Source: Chitinophaga pinensis
GTDB taxonomy: Bacteria; Bacteroidota; Bacteroidia; 2-12-FULL-35-15
Assembly: GCA_945865315.1 (NCBI GenBank)
Contig: CAMBDK010000004.1
Location: forward strand, 1 to 60,028
Direction: 5' to 3'
Length of the DNA: 60,028 nucleotides
In this document: piece by piece, positions 47,334 through 59,195 of the stretch
Position numbering within the stretch: position 1 is the first letter of the stretch
How the letters are laid out: each line of letters starts with the position of its first letter
The notes under the pieces: model-generated
Seen by the model: the letters and a program-made list of their open reading frames with translations, nothing else
Databases searched by the model: none
Told to the model about the DNA's origin: nothing
Made by a program: the position numbers and the translations under genes

Positions 47334-48974
47334 ATGCCAAAAGGATTTTATACTGTCCCCGTTCCTGTGAATGAACCTGTAAAAAGTTATGCTGTAGCTA
47401 GTGCAGAAAGAATCGCATTAAAAGCGATGCTTCATGAATTGCGCTCTCAGGAATTAGACATACCCATGTACATTGGTGGTAAGGAGGTTCGTAGTAATGA
47501 TAAAGTTCGGCTTGCTCCTCCTCACGATCACAAACATACCTTGGCCTATTTTCATAAAAGTACTAAAGAGCATGTAAAACAAGCCATTGATGCAGCTTTA
47601 GCTGCCAAGCAATCCTGGGAAGAATTGCCTTGGGAACACCGCGCAAGTATTTTTTTAAAAGCTGCAGAGTTAATTGCTGGTCCATATCGTGCTAAATTAA
47701 ATGCTGCAACCATGCTGGGCCAGTCAAAAAATGCATACCAAGCTGAAATTGACGCCTCTTGTGAACTTGTTGATTTTCTGCGCTTTAACGTGCTTTATAT
47801 GACTGAAATATATAAACAACAACCTCCCGTTGCAGGTACCGGATTTGGTGTTTGGAACCGTTTGGAACAGCGCCCCCTGGAAGGATTTATTTATGCTTTA
47901 ACCCCTTTTAATTTCACTGCTATTGCAGGGAATTTACCAACTGCATGCGCAATGATGGGTAATGTAGTAGTTTGGAAACCTTCCAACACGCAAGTATATT
48001 CAGCAAATGTTTTGATGGAAATATTTATGAAAGCGGGTATCCCTGATGGCGTTATTAATTTAGTTTACCCTTCCGGACCAGATGCTGCTGAGGTGATATT
48101 TGCACACCCCGATTTTGCAGGGATACATTTTACTGGCTCTACTGAAGTATTTCAAAATATATGGAAAACAATTGGTAATAATATTCATAAGTTTAAAACC
48201 TACCCCCGCATTGTAGGTGAAACGGGTGGTAAAGATTTTATTTTGGCACATAAATCCGCCGAGGCTACAGTTTTGGCAACTGCTTTAAGCCGAGGTGCTT
48301 TTGAATACCAGGGACAAAAATGTTCCGCCGCTTCTCGCGCCTATATCCCCAGTAATCTATGGGAAGAGGTAAAACTGTTGCTCATTAATGATCTGAAATC
48401 TTTTAAAATTGGCCCAACCGAAAATTTTACAAATTTTATTAATGCCGTAATCGATGAAAAATCATTTGATAAATTAGCTAAATATATTGATGCAGCTAAA
48501 AATGATAAGGAAATTGAAATCCTTATTGGAGGGAATTGCGACAAGTCTGCTGGTTATTTTATTGAACCTACAATTATTGTGACTAAAAACCCAAGCTATG
48601 CTACTATGTGTGAAGAGCTATTTGGGCCCGTTTTAACCATTTATGTTTACGACGCTGATAAATTTGACGAAATCCTTAAAGTTGTTGACGCTACTTCTAT
48701 TTATGCATTAACGGGTGCAATTATTGCTCAAGATAGGTATGCAATTGAAAAAGCAACAAGAGCCTTGCGCAATGCTGCTGGTAACTTTTATATCAATGAT
48801 AAATGCACTGGTGCAGTTGTTGGCCAACAGCCATTTGGTGGTGCCAGAGGGTCTGGGACAAATGATAAAGCTGGAGCAATGATAAATTTACTGCGCTGGG
48901 TTTCTCCTCGTACCATTAAAGAAACATTTGCTCCCCCAACAGATTATAAGTACCCATTTTTAATTGCTGATTAA
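47334..48974 (+). CDS. pruA: L-glutamate gamma-semialdehyde (P5C) dehydrogenase
   Basis: TPFNFTAI, FTGST, GETGGK, EYQGQKCSA, EELFGP and QQPFGG motifs. Confidence 0.95.
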   Translation: MPKGFYTVPVPVNEPVKSYAVASAERIALKAMLHELRSQELDIPMYIGGKEVRSNDKVRLAPPHDHKHTLAYFHKSTKEHVKQAIDAALAAKQSWEELPWEHRASIFLKAAELIAGPYRAKLNAATMLGQSKNAYQAEIDASCELVDFLRFNVLYMTEIYKQQPPVAGTGFGVWNRLEQRPLEGFIYALTPFNFTAIAGNLPTACAMMGNVVVWKPSNTQVYSANVLMEIFMKAGIPDGVINLVYPSGPDAAEVIFAHPDFAGIHFTGSTEVFQNIWKTIGNNIHKFKTYPRIVGETGGKDFILAHKSAEATVLATALSRGAFEYQGQKCSAASRAYIPSNLWEEVKLLLINDLKSFKIGPTENFTNFINAVIDEKSFDKLAKYIDAAKNDKEIEILIGGNCDKSAGYFIEPTIIVTKNPSYATMCEELFGPVLTIYVYDADKFDEILKVVDATSIYALTGAIIAQDRYAIEKATRALRNAAGNFYINDKCTGAVVGQQPFGGARGSGTNDKAGAMINLLRWVSPRTIKETFAPPTDYKYPFLIAD

Positions 48975-49028
48975 ATTAGCTTAAATATCCACATTTCAAA
49001 GAATATTTTTTTGAAATGCTACTCATAA

Positions 49029-49264
49029 GTGAAGTTTTCGAAATAAATCCGTAAATTAAATGGTTCAAAAACTGTGTGTTTTTTTTTGTCTTGATACAAA
49101 AGAAACAAAAAATCAATAACAAACGATTCCTCCCCACCTGCGATACTGCATCGCGTTTGTTCATTCCTCAAGCACCTTTTCATAAGGATGTTTTTTGCAA
49201 AAAAATGAAAGCATCTGTTTTTATTAATATATCTGTTTTGTCGAAATTTTTTTTAAAGATTTAC
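49029..49264 (+). mobile_element. 237-bp MITE-like repeat, copy 3 (236 bp)
   Basis: Near-identical to copy 1. Confidence 0.85.
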
Positions 49265-49570
49265 TAAGAAGCAATCGTTTCGGAATGTTTTACCACCTAT
49301 TCTTTGCATCTAGTGCTATAAAAACTTTTAAAAGGTCATTTTGGTAGCCTGCTTTATTGTTTTAAAAAACACTATCCTCTTAAAATCAATAGTTTAGATT
49401 GAATATCGGGACTAAATAAATCATAATGTCAAAATATATCCATGTTGATAAGTTTTAAGCTTTGCCTAATTGTTTGCTATTCAGTTAGTTTTGTTAGTCA
49501 GCTTAACTCTTTTAGAGCTATTCCGGCTCAATAAAAATCAAATTTTAACCTTAATTACATTAAAAGTCCT

Positions 49571-49578
49571 TATCTTTG
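49571..49578 (+). promoter_or_regulatory. -7 promoter box for rpsA
   Basis: TATCTTTG; the leader has hairpins ATCTCT/AGAGAT and TTCAGTT/AACTGAA. Confidence 0.5.
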
Positions 49579-49669
49579 CAATCTCTAAATTAAGAGAGAT
49601 AAAAATTTATAGTACTAACCCCTTCAGTTTTAATAAAAATTTTTAACTGAATACAAACAAATTAATACA

Positions 49670-51514
49670 ATGTCTGAAACAGAAACAGAAACATTAAAAA
49701 CAACAGCAAAAGCTACAACTCCTGTAGATTTAGAAAATTTTGATTGGAGCGCAGTTGGTAAAAAGCAAGAAGGCTATACAAAAGAAGAGCGTGAAAAATT
49801 AGAGGCTGTTTATGAGAAAACGCTTAAATCAGTTGCCACCAATGAAATTATTGATGGTAAAGTTGTTGCAAAAAATAATAAAGAAGTTGTTGTTAATATT
49901 GGATATAAATCAGATGGCGTTGTTCAGCTAACTGAATTTCGTTATAACCCCGATTTAAAAATTGGTGACATAGTAGAAGTATACATTGAAAGTCAGGAAG
50001 ACAAAAATGGTCAGTTAATACTTTCTCACAAAACTGCCCGTGCAATGAAATCTTGGGAAAGGGTTAATAGCGCATTAGAAACAGGTGAAATAATTCAAGG
50101 ATTTGTTAAGTGCCGCACAAAAGGTGGATTAATTGCCGATGTATTTGGTATCGAAGCATTTTTACCTGGTTCTCAAATTGATGTTAAGCCAATTCGTGAT
50201 TATGATGTTTATGTTGGAAAAACAATGGAATTTAAAGTCGTTAAAATTAATAACGAATTTAAAAATGTTGTAGTTTCTCATAAAGCACTTATTGAAGCAG
50301 AATTAGAAGTTCAGAAAAAAGAAATCATTTCTAAATTAGAAAAAGGTCAAGTATTAGAAGGTACAGTTAAAAATATTACATCTTACGGTGTATTTATCGA
50401 TTTAGGTGGTGTGGATGGTTTGGTTCATATTACTGATCTTGCATGGGGGCGTATCAATCACCCAGAAGAAATTGTTAAATTAGATCAAAAGATTAATGTT
50501 GTTATCCTTGATTTCGATAATGAGAAAAAACGCATCGCTTTAGGTTTAAAACAACTTTCTGCACATCCTTGGGATTCTTTAAAAGCAGATTTAGCTATTG
50601 GAGATAAAATTAAAGGTAAGGTAGTTGTAGTAGCTGATTATGGCGCATTTGTTGAAATTGCTCCTGGTGTTGAAGGCTTAATCCATGTTTCTGAAATGAG
50701 CTGGAGCCAGCATTTACGCACTGCTAACGATTTCTTGAAAGTTGGTAATGAAGTTGAGGCCCAAGTTTTAACACTTGATCGTGATGATAGAAAAATGTCA
50801 TTAGGTATTAAACAATTGGTACCCGACCCTTGGTCTGTTGTAATTGATAAATATGCTAAAGGAACTAAACATACAGCTACTGTTCGTAACTTCACCAATT
50901 TTGGTATTTTTGTTGAGCTAGAAGAAGGTGTAGATGGATTAATTCATATTTCAGACCTTTCTTGGTCTAAAAAAATTAAACACCCATCTGAATTCACTAA
51001 ACTGAATGACGTTATAAATGTGGTTGTTCTAGAAATTGATGGTGAAAACCGCAGATTAAGTTTAGGACATAAACAATTAGAAGAAAACCCTTGGGATGTT
51101 TTTGAAACAATATTTACCATAGATTCAGTTCATCAAGGTACTATCATTAATTTAATCGAAAAAGGTGCTATTGTTTCAATGCCATATGGTGTAGAAGCAT
51201 TTGCTCCAACACGTCATTTGGTTAAAGCGGATGGTACTGCTGCTAAATCGGAAGATGTATTGGAATTTAAAATACTTGAGTTTAATAAAGAAGGAAAAAA
51301 GATTATTGTTTCTCATAGCAAAATATATGAAGAGGTAATAGCTTCAGAAAAAGCAGTTGTTAGCAATGAAAAGAAAACTGCTGGAGAGGATAAAAAAACC
51401 GCTAAAAAAGTAAAAGATGGTCCTGAAAAAAATACGCTTGGCGACATGGATGTTCTTTCTAAAATAAAAGCAGATATGGAGAAAATGGAAAATAAAGCAA
51501 AATCAGCAGAATAA
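49670..51514 (+). CDS. rpsA: 30S ribosomal protein S1
   Basis: Six S1 domains (AFLPGSQID, GLVHITDL, GLIHVSEM, GLIHISDL). Confidence 0.98.
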   Translation: MSETETETLKTTAKATTPVDLENFDWSAVGKKQEGYTKEEREKLEAVYEKTLKSVATNEIIDGKVVAKNNKEVVVNIGYKSDGVVQLTEFRYNPDLKIGDIVEVYIESQEDKNGQLILSHKTARAMKSWERVNSALETGEIIQGFVKCRTKGGLIADVFGIEAFLPGSQIDVKPIRDYDVYVGKTMEFKVVKINNEFKNVVVSHKALIEAELEVQKKEIISKLEKGQVLEGTVKNITSYGVFIDLGGVDGLVHITDLAWGRINHPEEIVKLDQKINVVILDFDNEKKRIALGLKQLSAHPWDSLKADLAIGDKIKGKVVVVADYGAFVEIAPGVEGLIHVSEMSWSQHLRTANDFLKVGNEVEAQVLTLDRDDRKMSLGIKQLVPDPWSVVIDKYAKGTKHTATVRNFTNFGIFVELEEGVDGLIHISDLSWSKKIKHPSEFTKLNDVINVVVLEIDGENRRLSLGHKQLEENPWDVFETIFTIDSVHQGTIINLIEKGAIVSMPYGVEAFAPTRHLVKADGTAAKSEDVLEFKILEFNKEGKKIIVSHSKIYEEVIASEKAVVSNEKKTAGEDKKTAKKVKDGPEKNTLGDMDVLSKIKADMEKMENKAKSAE

Positions 51515-51580
51515 TTTTAGTCCTGTTTTTATTCTGTTAGTTAACAGAATAAATCTAAAAATCACGCCATGGTTTTTAGT

Positions 51581-51612
51581 AAACCTCACCCAATTGGGTG
51601 AGGTTTTTTTTT
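51581..51612 (+). terminator. Intrinsic terminator of rpsA
   Basis: AAACCTCACCCA-AT-TGGGTGAGGTTT followed by a T run. Confidence 0.85.
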
Positions 51613-51747
51613 ATTGAAATTTTAATTGGAATATTCCTTTGGTAAAAAAAAGCAGGATTGCTTGTATAGTATACCTGACAGATCTTTTTTTATTCTGTAA
51701 AATGCTTCATTCATCTATAGTATTTGTCCTAAAAAAAAATCATTATA

Positions 51748-51934
51748 GTGAAGTTTTCGCAATAAATCCGCAAATTAAATGGTTCAAAAACTGTGTGTTT
51801 TTCTTTTGTCTTGATACAAAAGAAACAAAAAATCAAGAACAAACGATTTTTTCCCAACTGCAACACTGCATCGCGTTTGTTCATTTCTCACGCGCGTTTT
51901 CATAAAGATATTTTTTGCAAAAAAATGAAAGCAT
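51748..51934 (+). mobile_element. MITE-like repeat, copy 4 (3'-truncated)
   Basis: Left TIR intact; similarity ends after ATGAAAGCAT. Confidence 0.8.
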
Positions 51935-52052
51935 TGGTATAAATCGAACATTATCGACAGACTCTAATTACTGGAAGGTAATTTGATAGTTGTTTTGGGG
52001 TGTTTTTTTGAAAGGTGTTTTTATGTTTTTTTTTAAAAGTATAATAATAATT

Positions 52053-52784
52053 CTACTTTTTTTCTCTCAATTCGAAATTTTTACCCAGGTATACTCTTCG
52101 CACCTGTTCATCATTAGCCAGTTCCTCTGCAGTGCCCGCCTTTAATATGCTTCCTTCAAAAAGTAAATATGCCCTGTCCGTTATTTGCAAGGTCTCTTGT
52201 ACATTGTGGTCGGTAATTAATATACCAATATTTTTTTGTTTGAGTTTGGCAACAATATTTTGTATGTCTTCAACGGCTATAGGATCCACTCCTGCAAAAG
52301 GCTCGTCTAACAATATAAATTTAGGGTTTGCGGCAAGGCATCTTGCAATTTCTGTACGTCTGCGCTCCCCACCAGATAACCTGTCACCCATATTTTTACG
52401 GATTAATTGTAAGTGAAATTCGTTCAATAAATCTTCTAGTTTTTCACTTTGTTCTAGCTTATTTAATTTCGTCATTTCTAGAATTGCACGAATATTGTCT
52501 TCTACACTTAATTTTCTAAAAACAGAGGCCTCCTGTGCTAAATACCCTATCCCTAATTGCGCACGCTTATACATAGGCTCTTCTGTAATATTTTTATCAT
52601 CTAAAAATATATTTCCTGCATTGGGTTGTATCATTCCAACTATCATGTAAAATGAAGTAGTTTTTCCTGCGCCATTTGGGCCTAATAGGCCAACAATTTC
52701 ACCCTGTTTCACTTCTACACTTACATCCTTTGCAACAGTTCTGCTTTTGTATTTTTTTATTAAATTTTCTGTACGTAATATCAT
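52053..52784 (-). CDS. lptB: LPS export ABC transporter ATP-binding protein
   Basis: [35 protein letters not shown] and ITDHNV motifs. Confidence 0.97.
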   Translation of the reverse strand: MILRTENLIKKYKSRTVAKDVSVEVKQGEIVGLLGPNGAGKTTSFYMIVGMIQPNAGNIFLDDKNITEEPMYKRAQLGIGYLAQEASVFRKLSVEDNIRAILEMTKLNKLEQSEKLEDLLNEFHLQLIRKNMGDRLSGGERRRTEIARCLAANPKFILLDEPFAGVDPIAVEDIQNIVAKLKQKNIGILITDHNVQETLQITDRAYLLFEGSILKAGTAEELANDEQVRRVYLGKNFELREKK

Positions 52785-52795
52785 TCATTTTGAAA

Positions 52796-55294
52796 TTAAA
52801 ATGTGAATTGAAGTGTTCCTTTTATCGTAAATGGAATTGCTCTTGGCATATCTAAATATGTTAATCGCCAAACAGCATCAAGTCTAAATATTTTAAATAT
52901 ATTTTCAATACCTGCAGAAGCTTCCAGGTAAGGACCAGCAGAAAGTGTACTCAAAAATGAAGGAAATATAAGCAAATCGTTATTTTTTTCTTGTACCCTG
53001 CCAATTATTGCTTTTCCTCCTACAACTTCCCGCCATTTTAATTTTCGCATTAGCGGTACCTTATTAAAGAAAAATCCGTCAAAATGATGGGATAAGCTCA
53101 TTGATGCATATTCACTACTTGCAAATTCATAATAATTCATACTATTATATGCATAAATATCATAAATATATGTTTCATTGCCTCCGTGTATTGTCATTAA
53201 TGGATAAGGTAATTTACCCCAAATTTTACCATATTCAAGTATATAATCAAAATATCCAATAGGATTTATTCGAATACGGTCATCAAGATTTATTGTTAAT
53301 TTTTGATAATTATAATTACTGAAAAAAATGTTTTTTATACCTAAAATATATTGCGCCTGTATAATTGGATAAGGTGTTCCTAAACTTGCTCTGGAAAAAG
53401 TTCCATTTATAAATTTTTCATTGTAAGCAAATCTTGACAGAATACGGATTTCCGATGTAGCAATATTTTCTTTATAGGCTATGGTTGGAGGCTTTTTTAT
53501 ATATTCATAATGAAAATCAGCTAGTGGGTACATTTGTCTGTTATAAAAGCTAATACGGGAGCTAAAGCCCGAAAACCATTCTCTCTGTATATATGTATTT
53601 ATTTGTTTAATATTTGTTAAATTACGCAATGGGGTTATTCGAAACAGCGATGCTAAAATATTGTCGGATGTAAAACCATTTTGACTTTGACCTAATATTT
53701 CATTATCGTTTTTATAATATATACCCACTATTGTACGTGGGTTTTTGTCTAAATAACATTGCAAGCCAAGGTTGTATTTTAATTTCTCATCTCTGGATCC
53801 AAATGCCACATAACCACTCAGTTCATACCATTTACTGAATTTATCGCTGGTACGTCCACCAAATCTAAAACGTTGTCCTTCAATTTCATTATAACTGTAT
53901 ATGTTATAATAGGGACCGTATTCAAAATTGCCTTTCAATTTGTATCCTGTTAAAAATAGCTGAATAATATCCACCCATGTTTTGTATATTGGCAGTGATT
54001 GCAAGGTGTCTACCATACGGTAAATTTCTTTTTCATTTTCCGATAATGAATCGTGTCGGTTTTTAGTCCAAAATAAATCACTTTTATTTAGCGCATCTTC
54101 TTTCACTTTTAAATTATCTGTAAGGGAGTAAAAGTTATCTTCTTTTGGTTGGTTGATTTTGAAATTTTTGTAAGATGCTGTTTTACGGCCATACAGCCCT
54201 AAGATGTCTTTATTTTTTCTGTTGATAGGGAAAGGGTTAAAATCAATTACTAATCTTTCTTTTTCCATCATCCATGCATTATCTACTTTTTTATATGTTT
54301 GCACTACTGCAGTTGAGTTTATGAAATTTATATTGGCATCTTCTGCCAGACTCATCTCTATCTGTTTGATGGCAAATGAAGTATCCGTTGCCCATAGATT
54401 GCCTATAAATGCTAACTCTTGTTTGCGTTTTGGTTTAAATTTTATTTGGTAGCACTTGATACCATCAATTAGGATGCTATCAATTAAATAAAATTTGTAA
54501 AATAATAAGGCGTTATCAGAAATAGGACTTGTGAAATTTTTACCGAATACTATTATATTATTATCATAGATATTTACTTTTTGGTACATATCACCCATAA
54601 ACTGTGAAACACTTGCGTCTTCAAGGCCTGCCAATTTGCTTGCTTTTATTGTTTCGTTTCTGATTTTCGGGTTTTTACGAAAATAAAAATCAGAAATAGA
54701 CTCCGTCATAAAAATTGGTAAATAAGGTTTTTCTTTAGCGTTACTGCTATCTATATTATCGAAAATAAATGAAAATGGTTTAAGTAATTTTTTGTTTTTG
54801 AAATCATCACTTATATTATTTAAATCAAATTCTATTTTATTATAGGCCTCGTATTCATAGGCAGTTAGTTTCTCAATATCATTGATGTCTTTATTAGCAA
54901 TGATTTTTTTAAGTATACGATGTGCTGGATTTTCGCCAGGAAGAATTTCAATGGTAGCTAATTCTAAGCCTTGTGTGAGGCCTATTTTTTTCTCTTGGGT
55001 GAAACCATATTTAATAGCCATTACCACTTTATTATATCCAACATAAGAAATAATTAATGAATCACATTTTTCGGTCGAAGAGACTCTAAATTGCCCATCA
55101 ATATCAGTGTTAACGCCTGATTTGGTTCCTTTTAATAATACATTTACAAAGGGTAAAGGTTCGTTTGTAATGACATCTACTATCTTGCCAATTACGGTGG
55201 TAGTTTGCCCATTACAATTTTCGCTCGTAATAACTATTATTAATATAATTAATAAGGCAAATTGAGTAAAATAATATATTGTTTTTTTAATCAA
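52796..55294 (-). CDS. DUF5686 + carboxypeptidase regulatory-like domain outer membrane protein
   Basis: N-terminal EPLPFVNV...SYVGY; YNEIEGQRFRFGGRT; C-terminal GIENIFKIFRLD. Confidence 0.8.
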   Translation of the reverse strand: MIKKTIYYFTQFALLIILIIVITSENCNGQTTTVIGKIVDVITNEPLPFVNVLLKGTKSGVNTDIDGQFRVSSTEKCDSLIISYVGYNKVVMAIKYGFTQEKKIGLTQGLELATIEILPGENPAHRILKKIIANKDINDIEKLTAYEYEAYNKIEFDLNNISDDFKNKKLLKPFSFIFDNIDSSNAKEKPYLPIFMTESISDFYFRKNPKIRNETIKASKLAGLEDASVSQFMGDMYQKVNIYDNNIIVFGKNFTSPISDNALLFYKFYLIDSILIDGIKCYQIKFKPKRKQELAFIGNLWATDTSFAIKQIEMSLAEDANINFINSTAVVQTYKKVDNAWMMEKERLVIDFNPFPINRKNKDILGLYGRKTASYKNFKINQPKEDNFYSLTDNLKVKEDALNKSDLFWTKNRHDSLSENEKEIYRMVDTLQSLPIYKTWVDIIQLFLTGYKLKGNFEYGPYYNIYSYNEIEGQRFRFGGRTSDKFSKWYELSGYVAFGSRDEKLKYNLGLQCYLDKNPRTIVGIYYKNDNEILGQSQNGFTSDNILASLFRITPLRNLTNIKQINTYIQREWFSGFSSRISFYNRQMYPLADFHYEYIKKPPTIAYKENIATSEIRILSRFAYNEKFINGTFSRASLGTPYPIIQAQYILGIKNIFFSNYNYQKLTINLDDRIRINPIGYFDYILEYGKIWGKLPYPLMTIHGGNETYIYDIYAYNSMNYYEFASSEYASMSLSHHFDGFFFNKVPLMRKLKWREVVGGKAIIGRVQEKNNDLLIFPSFLSTLSAGPYLEASAGIENIFKIFRLDAVWRLTYLDMPRAIPFTIKGTLQFTF

Positions 55295-55353
55295 AGTTGT
55301 AAATTGTTATTTTATTATAAAATTTATTAATAAAGCCATATTAAAATATCTAA

Positions 55354-55590
55354 GTTAAGTTTTCGAAATAAATCCGCAAATTAAATGGTTCAAAAACTGT
55401 GTGTTTTTCTTTTGTCTTGATACAAAAGAAACAAAAAATCAAGAACAAACGATTCCTCCCCAACTGCAGTGCTGCATCGCGTTTGTTAATTCCTCACGCA
55501 GGTTTTCATAAGGATATTTTTTGCAAAAAAATGAAATCATCTGTTTTTATTAGTATATCTGTTTTGTCGAAATTATTTTGAAAGCTTTAC
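55354..55590 (+). mobile_element. 237-bp MITE-like repeat, copy 5
   Basis: Full-length, near-identical to copy 1. Confidence 0.85.
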
Positions 55591-55640
55591 TCAATAGCGT
55601 TCATTGAAATAAAAGCAGCAAATGAAATCTTTTCATTTTT

Positions 55641-56477
55641 CTATGCTTTAACTTTTTGTTTAATTACAAAGCGCGAAACAAATATACTCGCTTCGTATAA
55701 AAAATACAAGGGAAATGCCACCAACATTTGTGAAGTAACGTCAGGCGATGGGGTAATGATGGCAGCTGCCACCAAAATAATAATTACAGCATGTTTACGG
55801 TATTTGCGCATAAATTCTGGTGTAATTAAATTAAATTTTGTTAAAAAATATACAATGATGGGTAATTCAAATACGATACCAGAGGCAAGTGTTAAGGTTG
55901 TAACGGTAGAGATATAAGAATCCATCGTAAAATTATTTTCTACCATTTTACTCACTTGGTAATTGCCTAAAAAATTAATAGCTAGTGGTACAATAATATA
56001 ATAGCTAAACAATACTCCTGTAATAAAAAGAAATGTAGATGAAATAATAAAACCTAAGGATGCTTTTTTTTCAACATCGTGTAGTGCAGGTTTTATAAAA
56101 CGCCATATTTCCCATAGTATATAGGGAGAAGCAAGTATTAACCCTCCTAAAAAGGCAATCCACATAAGAGATGTAAATTGATCCGCTAAGCCAAGACTTT
56201 GAAGTTTGAATGTATAATTTCCAAAGCATAATTGATCCCCCAAGTTGAGCAGGTGCGATAATTTACAAAATGCCCGATAGGTTATAAAATCATTATTAAG
56301 TGGCCCAAAAATAATTGTATCAAATAAAAACTCAGGAAAGCAAAATAAAACGATGGCTAATATTAATATGGCAATTACGCACCTAATAAGATGGCCGCGC
56401 AGTGCATCAATATGCCCCCAAAAGGACATTTCACCTGTTCTGTTTTTTGCTTTATTAAAAAGTCCAATCAGTGCCAT
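55641..56477 (-). CDS. tatC: Twin-arginine translocase subunit TatC
   Basis: EMSFWGHIDALR, WRFIKPAL, FELP and AAIITPSPD motifs. Confidence 0.96.
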   Translation of the reverse strand: MALIGLFNKAKNRTGEMSFWGHIDALRGHLIRCVIAILILAIVLFCFPEFLFDTIIFGPLNNDFITYRAFCKLSHLLNLGDQLCFGNYTFKLQSLGLADQFTSLMWIAFLGGLILASPYILWEIWRFIKPALHDVEKKASLGFIISSTFLFITGVLFSYYIIVPLAINFLGNYQVSKMVENNFTMDSYISTVTTLTLASGIVFELPIIVYFLTKFNLITPEFMRKYRKHAVIIILVAAAIITPSPDVTSQMLVAFPLYFLYEASIFVSRFVIKQKVKA

Positions 56478-56608
56478 ATATAATTAAGAGGAAAGTCCAA
56501 AATAATTAGTTAAATGAATTGAAGAAATAGTTTGCAAAGTTAATAGAATTTCAATAAAAATATATAGTTAAAACATTCGTCATTTTTGTTATTTCGCAAG
56601 ATTTTATA

Positions 56609-56616
56609 TAAATTTG
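56609..56616 (+). promoter_or_regulatory. -7 promoter box for hppA
   Basis: TAAATTTG. Confidence 0.45.
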
Positions 56617-56693
56617 CACTCGATTTTTAAAAAGGCAATTAATTTAATAAATAAACCAATAAATTTTCTAATTAAACAATTAATTATATTAAT

Positions 56694-59195
56694 ATGAATG
56701 AGTACGTAATTTATTTAGTTCCCGTATTAGGGATTTTAGGATTAATAGTAATGGCTATTAAGTCTGCATGGGTTAGCAAACAAGATCCTGGTGATGCCAA
56801 AATGCAGGAGTTAGCTGGATATATTGCTGATGGTGCAATGGCTTTTTTAAAGGCTGAATGGAAAGTGTTGAGTATTTTCGTTGTATTTGCGGCAGCTTTA
56901 TTAGCATACTCAGGGACCATCCACGAAATAAATGGCCACCCTATTCATTCTAGTTGGATTATTTCTATCGCATTTATTATTGGTGCTGTATTTTCTGCTA
57001 CTGCCGGATATATTGGTATGAAAGTAGCAACCAAAGCCAATGTTCGCACTACACAAGCAGCCCGTACTAGTTTAAAGCAAGCTTTGAAAGTTTCTTTCAC
57101 AGGCGGAACGGTAATGGGATTAGGTGTTGCGGGTTTAGCAATATTAGGATTAGGCGGTTTATTTATTGTATTCCTTGCTATTTTTAAAGTAGTTGGTCCA
57201 GATGGTAATTCCATTGCAGATATCAAAACCGCTATCGAAGTTTTAACTGGTTTCTCTTTAGGAGCTGAGTCTATCGCTTTATTTGCGCGTGTGGGTGGGG
57301 GTATTTATACTAAAGCAGCCGATGTAGGTGCCGATTTAGTTGGTAAAGTAGAAGCTGGAATTCCTGAAGATGATGTGCGTAACCCTGCAACCATTGCTGA
57401 TAATGTTGGTGATAACGTAGGTGATGTTGCTGGTATGGGTGCCGATTTATTCGGTTCTTATGTAGCAACTATTTTAGCAACCATGGTATTAGGTCAAGAA
57501 ATAGATGCCTCAGCAGATAAATTTGGTGGCATGTCTCCAATATTATTACCAATGGTTATTTGTGGTTTAGGTATTTTATTTTCAATTGTTGGAACCTGGT
57601 TCGTTAGTATAAAAGATGAAAAATCAAATGTACAAAGCGCATTAAACCTAGGTAACTGGTCGTCTATGTTAATAACTGTTGTTGCTTCTTATTTTATTGT
57701 TATCTGGATGTTGCCAGAAACATTGAGCTTAAGAGGTTATGAGTTTTCAAAATTAAATGTATTTTATGCAATTGTTGTAGGGACTTTGGTTGGTGCAATA
57801 ATGAGTATTGTAACCGAATATTATACAGCCATGGGTAAACCTCCTGTATTGTCTATTATTCAACAATCATCTACAGGTCATGCTACAAATATTATTGGTG
57901 GTTTGTCTGTAGGTATGAAATCTACTGTTATTCCTATTTTAACATTGGCTGCTGGTATCATGGCATCTTATTATTTCGCTGGTTTGTATGGTGTGGCAAT
58001 TGCTGCTTCAGGTATGATGGCAACTACTGCTATGCAATTAGCTATTGATGCATTCGGTCCTATTGCCGACAATGCAGGTGGTATTGCCGAGATGAGTCAA
58101 TTACCTCCAGAAGTGCGTGAACGTACCGATAATTTAGATGCTGTGGGTAATACAACTGCTGCCACAGGTAAAGGTTTTGCCATTGCTTCTGCTGCATTAA
58201 CTTCTTTGGCTTTATTTGCTGCATTTGTTGGGATTGCTGGTATTGATGCAATAGATATTTATAAAGCAAATGTATTAGCTGGTTTATTTGTAGGAGCCAT
58301 GATTCCATTTATTTTCTCTGCCTTGTGTATTCAAGCCGTTGGTAAAGCAGCAATGGATATGGTTCAAGAAGTTCGTCGTCAGTTTAGAGAAATTCCAGGA
58401 ATTATGGAGTATAAAGCAAAACCTGAATACGAAAAATGTGTAGCTATTTCTACAGAAGCATCCATACGTGAAATGATTATGCCAGGAGCTATCGCATTAA
58501 TAACGCCATTAATTGTAGGGTTTACATTTGGTCCCGAAGTTTTGGGTGGTTTATTAGCTGGTGTTACTGTTTCTGGTGTGTTGATGGGGATTTTTCAAAG
58601 TAATGCTGGCGGTGCTTGGGATAATGCTAAAAAATCTTTCGAAAAAGGAGTTATGATAAATGGTGAAATGTTTTATAAAAAATCAGAGCCACATAAAGCT
58701 TCCGTAACAGGCGATACTGTAGGCGATCCTTTCAAGGATACTTCTGGACCTTCCATGAATATTTTAATTAAATTAATGTCAATTGTATCTTTAGTAATTG
58801 CGCCTTACATAGCTGTTGTTTCTTCTGAAGATGAAGGTAGTGCTTGTGGATATTCGAATGAGAATATGATGGAGGATTGTGGCAGCATGCACGATTCTTG
58901 TGCAGGAATGTACGGTAAATGCGATATGAGTAAATGTGAAACGATGACAAAAGAAGAGTGTGCTAAGATGTGTGACGAAAATGAATGTACTGAAAACGAA
59001 AAAGCATATTACTTGAGCATGTATGGCGATGATGGGAAATTTATTGGACCAAAATGTGATATGGAGAAATGCATGTATATGAGCAAAGAAGCGTGTGCTG
59101 CTTATTGTGATTCAATGAAATGCACTGCCGCTGAAAAAGCTATTTGTGTTGAACATGCAGGAAAAACTCCCAAGAGTTGCTGTATGAAAAAGTAA
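56694..59195 (+). CDS. hppA: Membrane-bound ion-translocating pyrophosphatase (K+-dependent type, likely Na+-PPase) with a Cys/Met-rich C-terminal extension
   Basis: [26 protein letters not shown] (Ala-type, K+-dependent) and [14 protein letters not shown] motifs. Confidence 0.95.
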   Translation: MNEYVIYLVPVLGILGLIVMAIKSAWVSKQDPGDAKMQELAGYIADGAMAFLKAEWKVLSIFVVFAAALLAYSGTIHEINGHPIHSSWIISIAFIIGAVFSATAGYIGMKVATKANVRTTQAARTSLKQALKVSFTGGTVMGLGVAGLAILGLGGLFIVFLAIFKVVGPDGNSIADIKTAIEVLTGFSLGAESIALFARVGGGIYTKAADVGADLVGKVEAGIPEDDVRNPATIADNVGDNVGDVAGMGADLFGSYVATILATMVLGQEIDASADKFGGMSPILLPMVICGLGILFSIVGTWFVSIKDEKSNVQSALNLGNWSSMLITVVASYFIVIWMLPETLSLRGYEFSKLNVFYAIVVGTLVGAIMSIVTEYYTAMGKPPVLSIIQQSSTGHATNIIGGLSVGMKSTVIPILTLAAGIMASYYFAGLYGVAIAASGMMATTAMQLAIDAFGPIADNAGGIAEMSQLPPEVRERTDNLDAVGNTTAATGKGFAIASAALTSLALFAAFVGIAGIDAIDIYKANVLAGLFVGAMIPFIFSALCIQAVGKAAMDMVQEVRRQFREIPGIMEYKAKPEYEKCVAISTEASIREMIMPGAIALITPLIVGFTFGPEVLGGLLAGVTVSGVLMGIFQSNAGGAWDNAKKSFEKGVMINGEMFYKKSEPHKASVTGDTVGDPFKDTSGPSMNILIKLMSIVSLVIAPYIAVVSSEDEGSACGYSNENMMEDCGSMHDSCAGMYGKCDMSKCETMTKEECAKMCDENECTENEKAYYLSMYGDDGKFIGPKCDMEKCMYMSKEACAAYCDSMKCTAAEKAICVEHAGKTPKSCCMKK

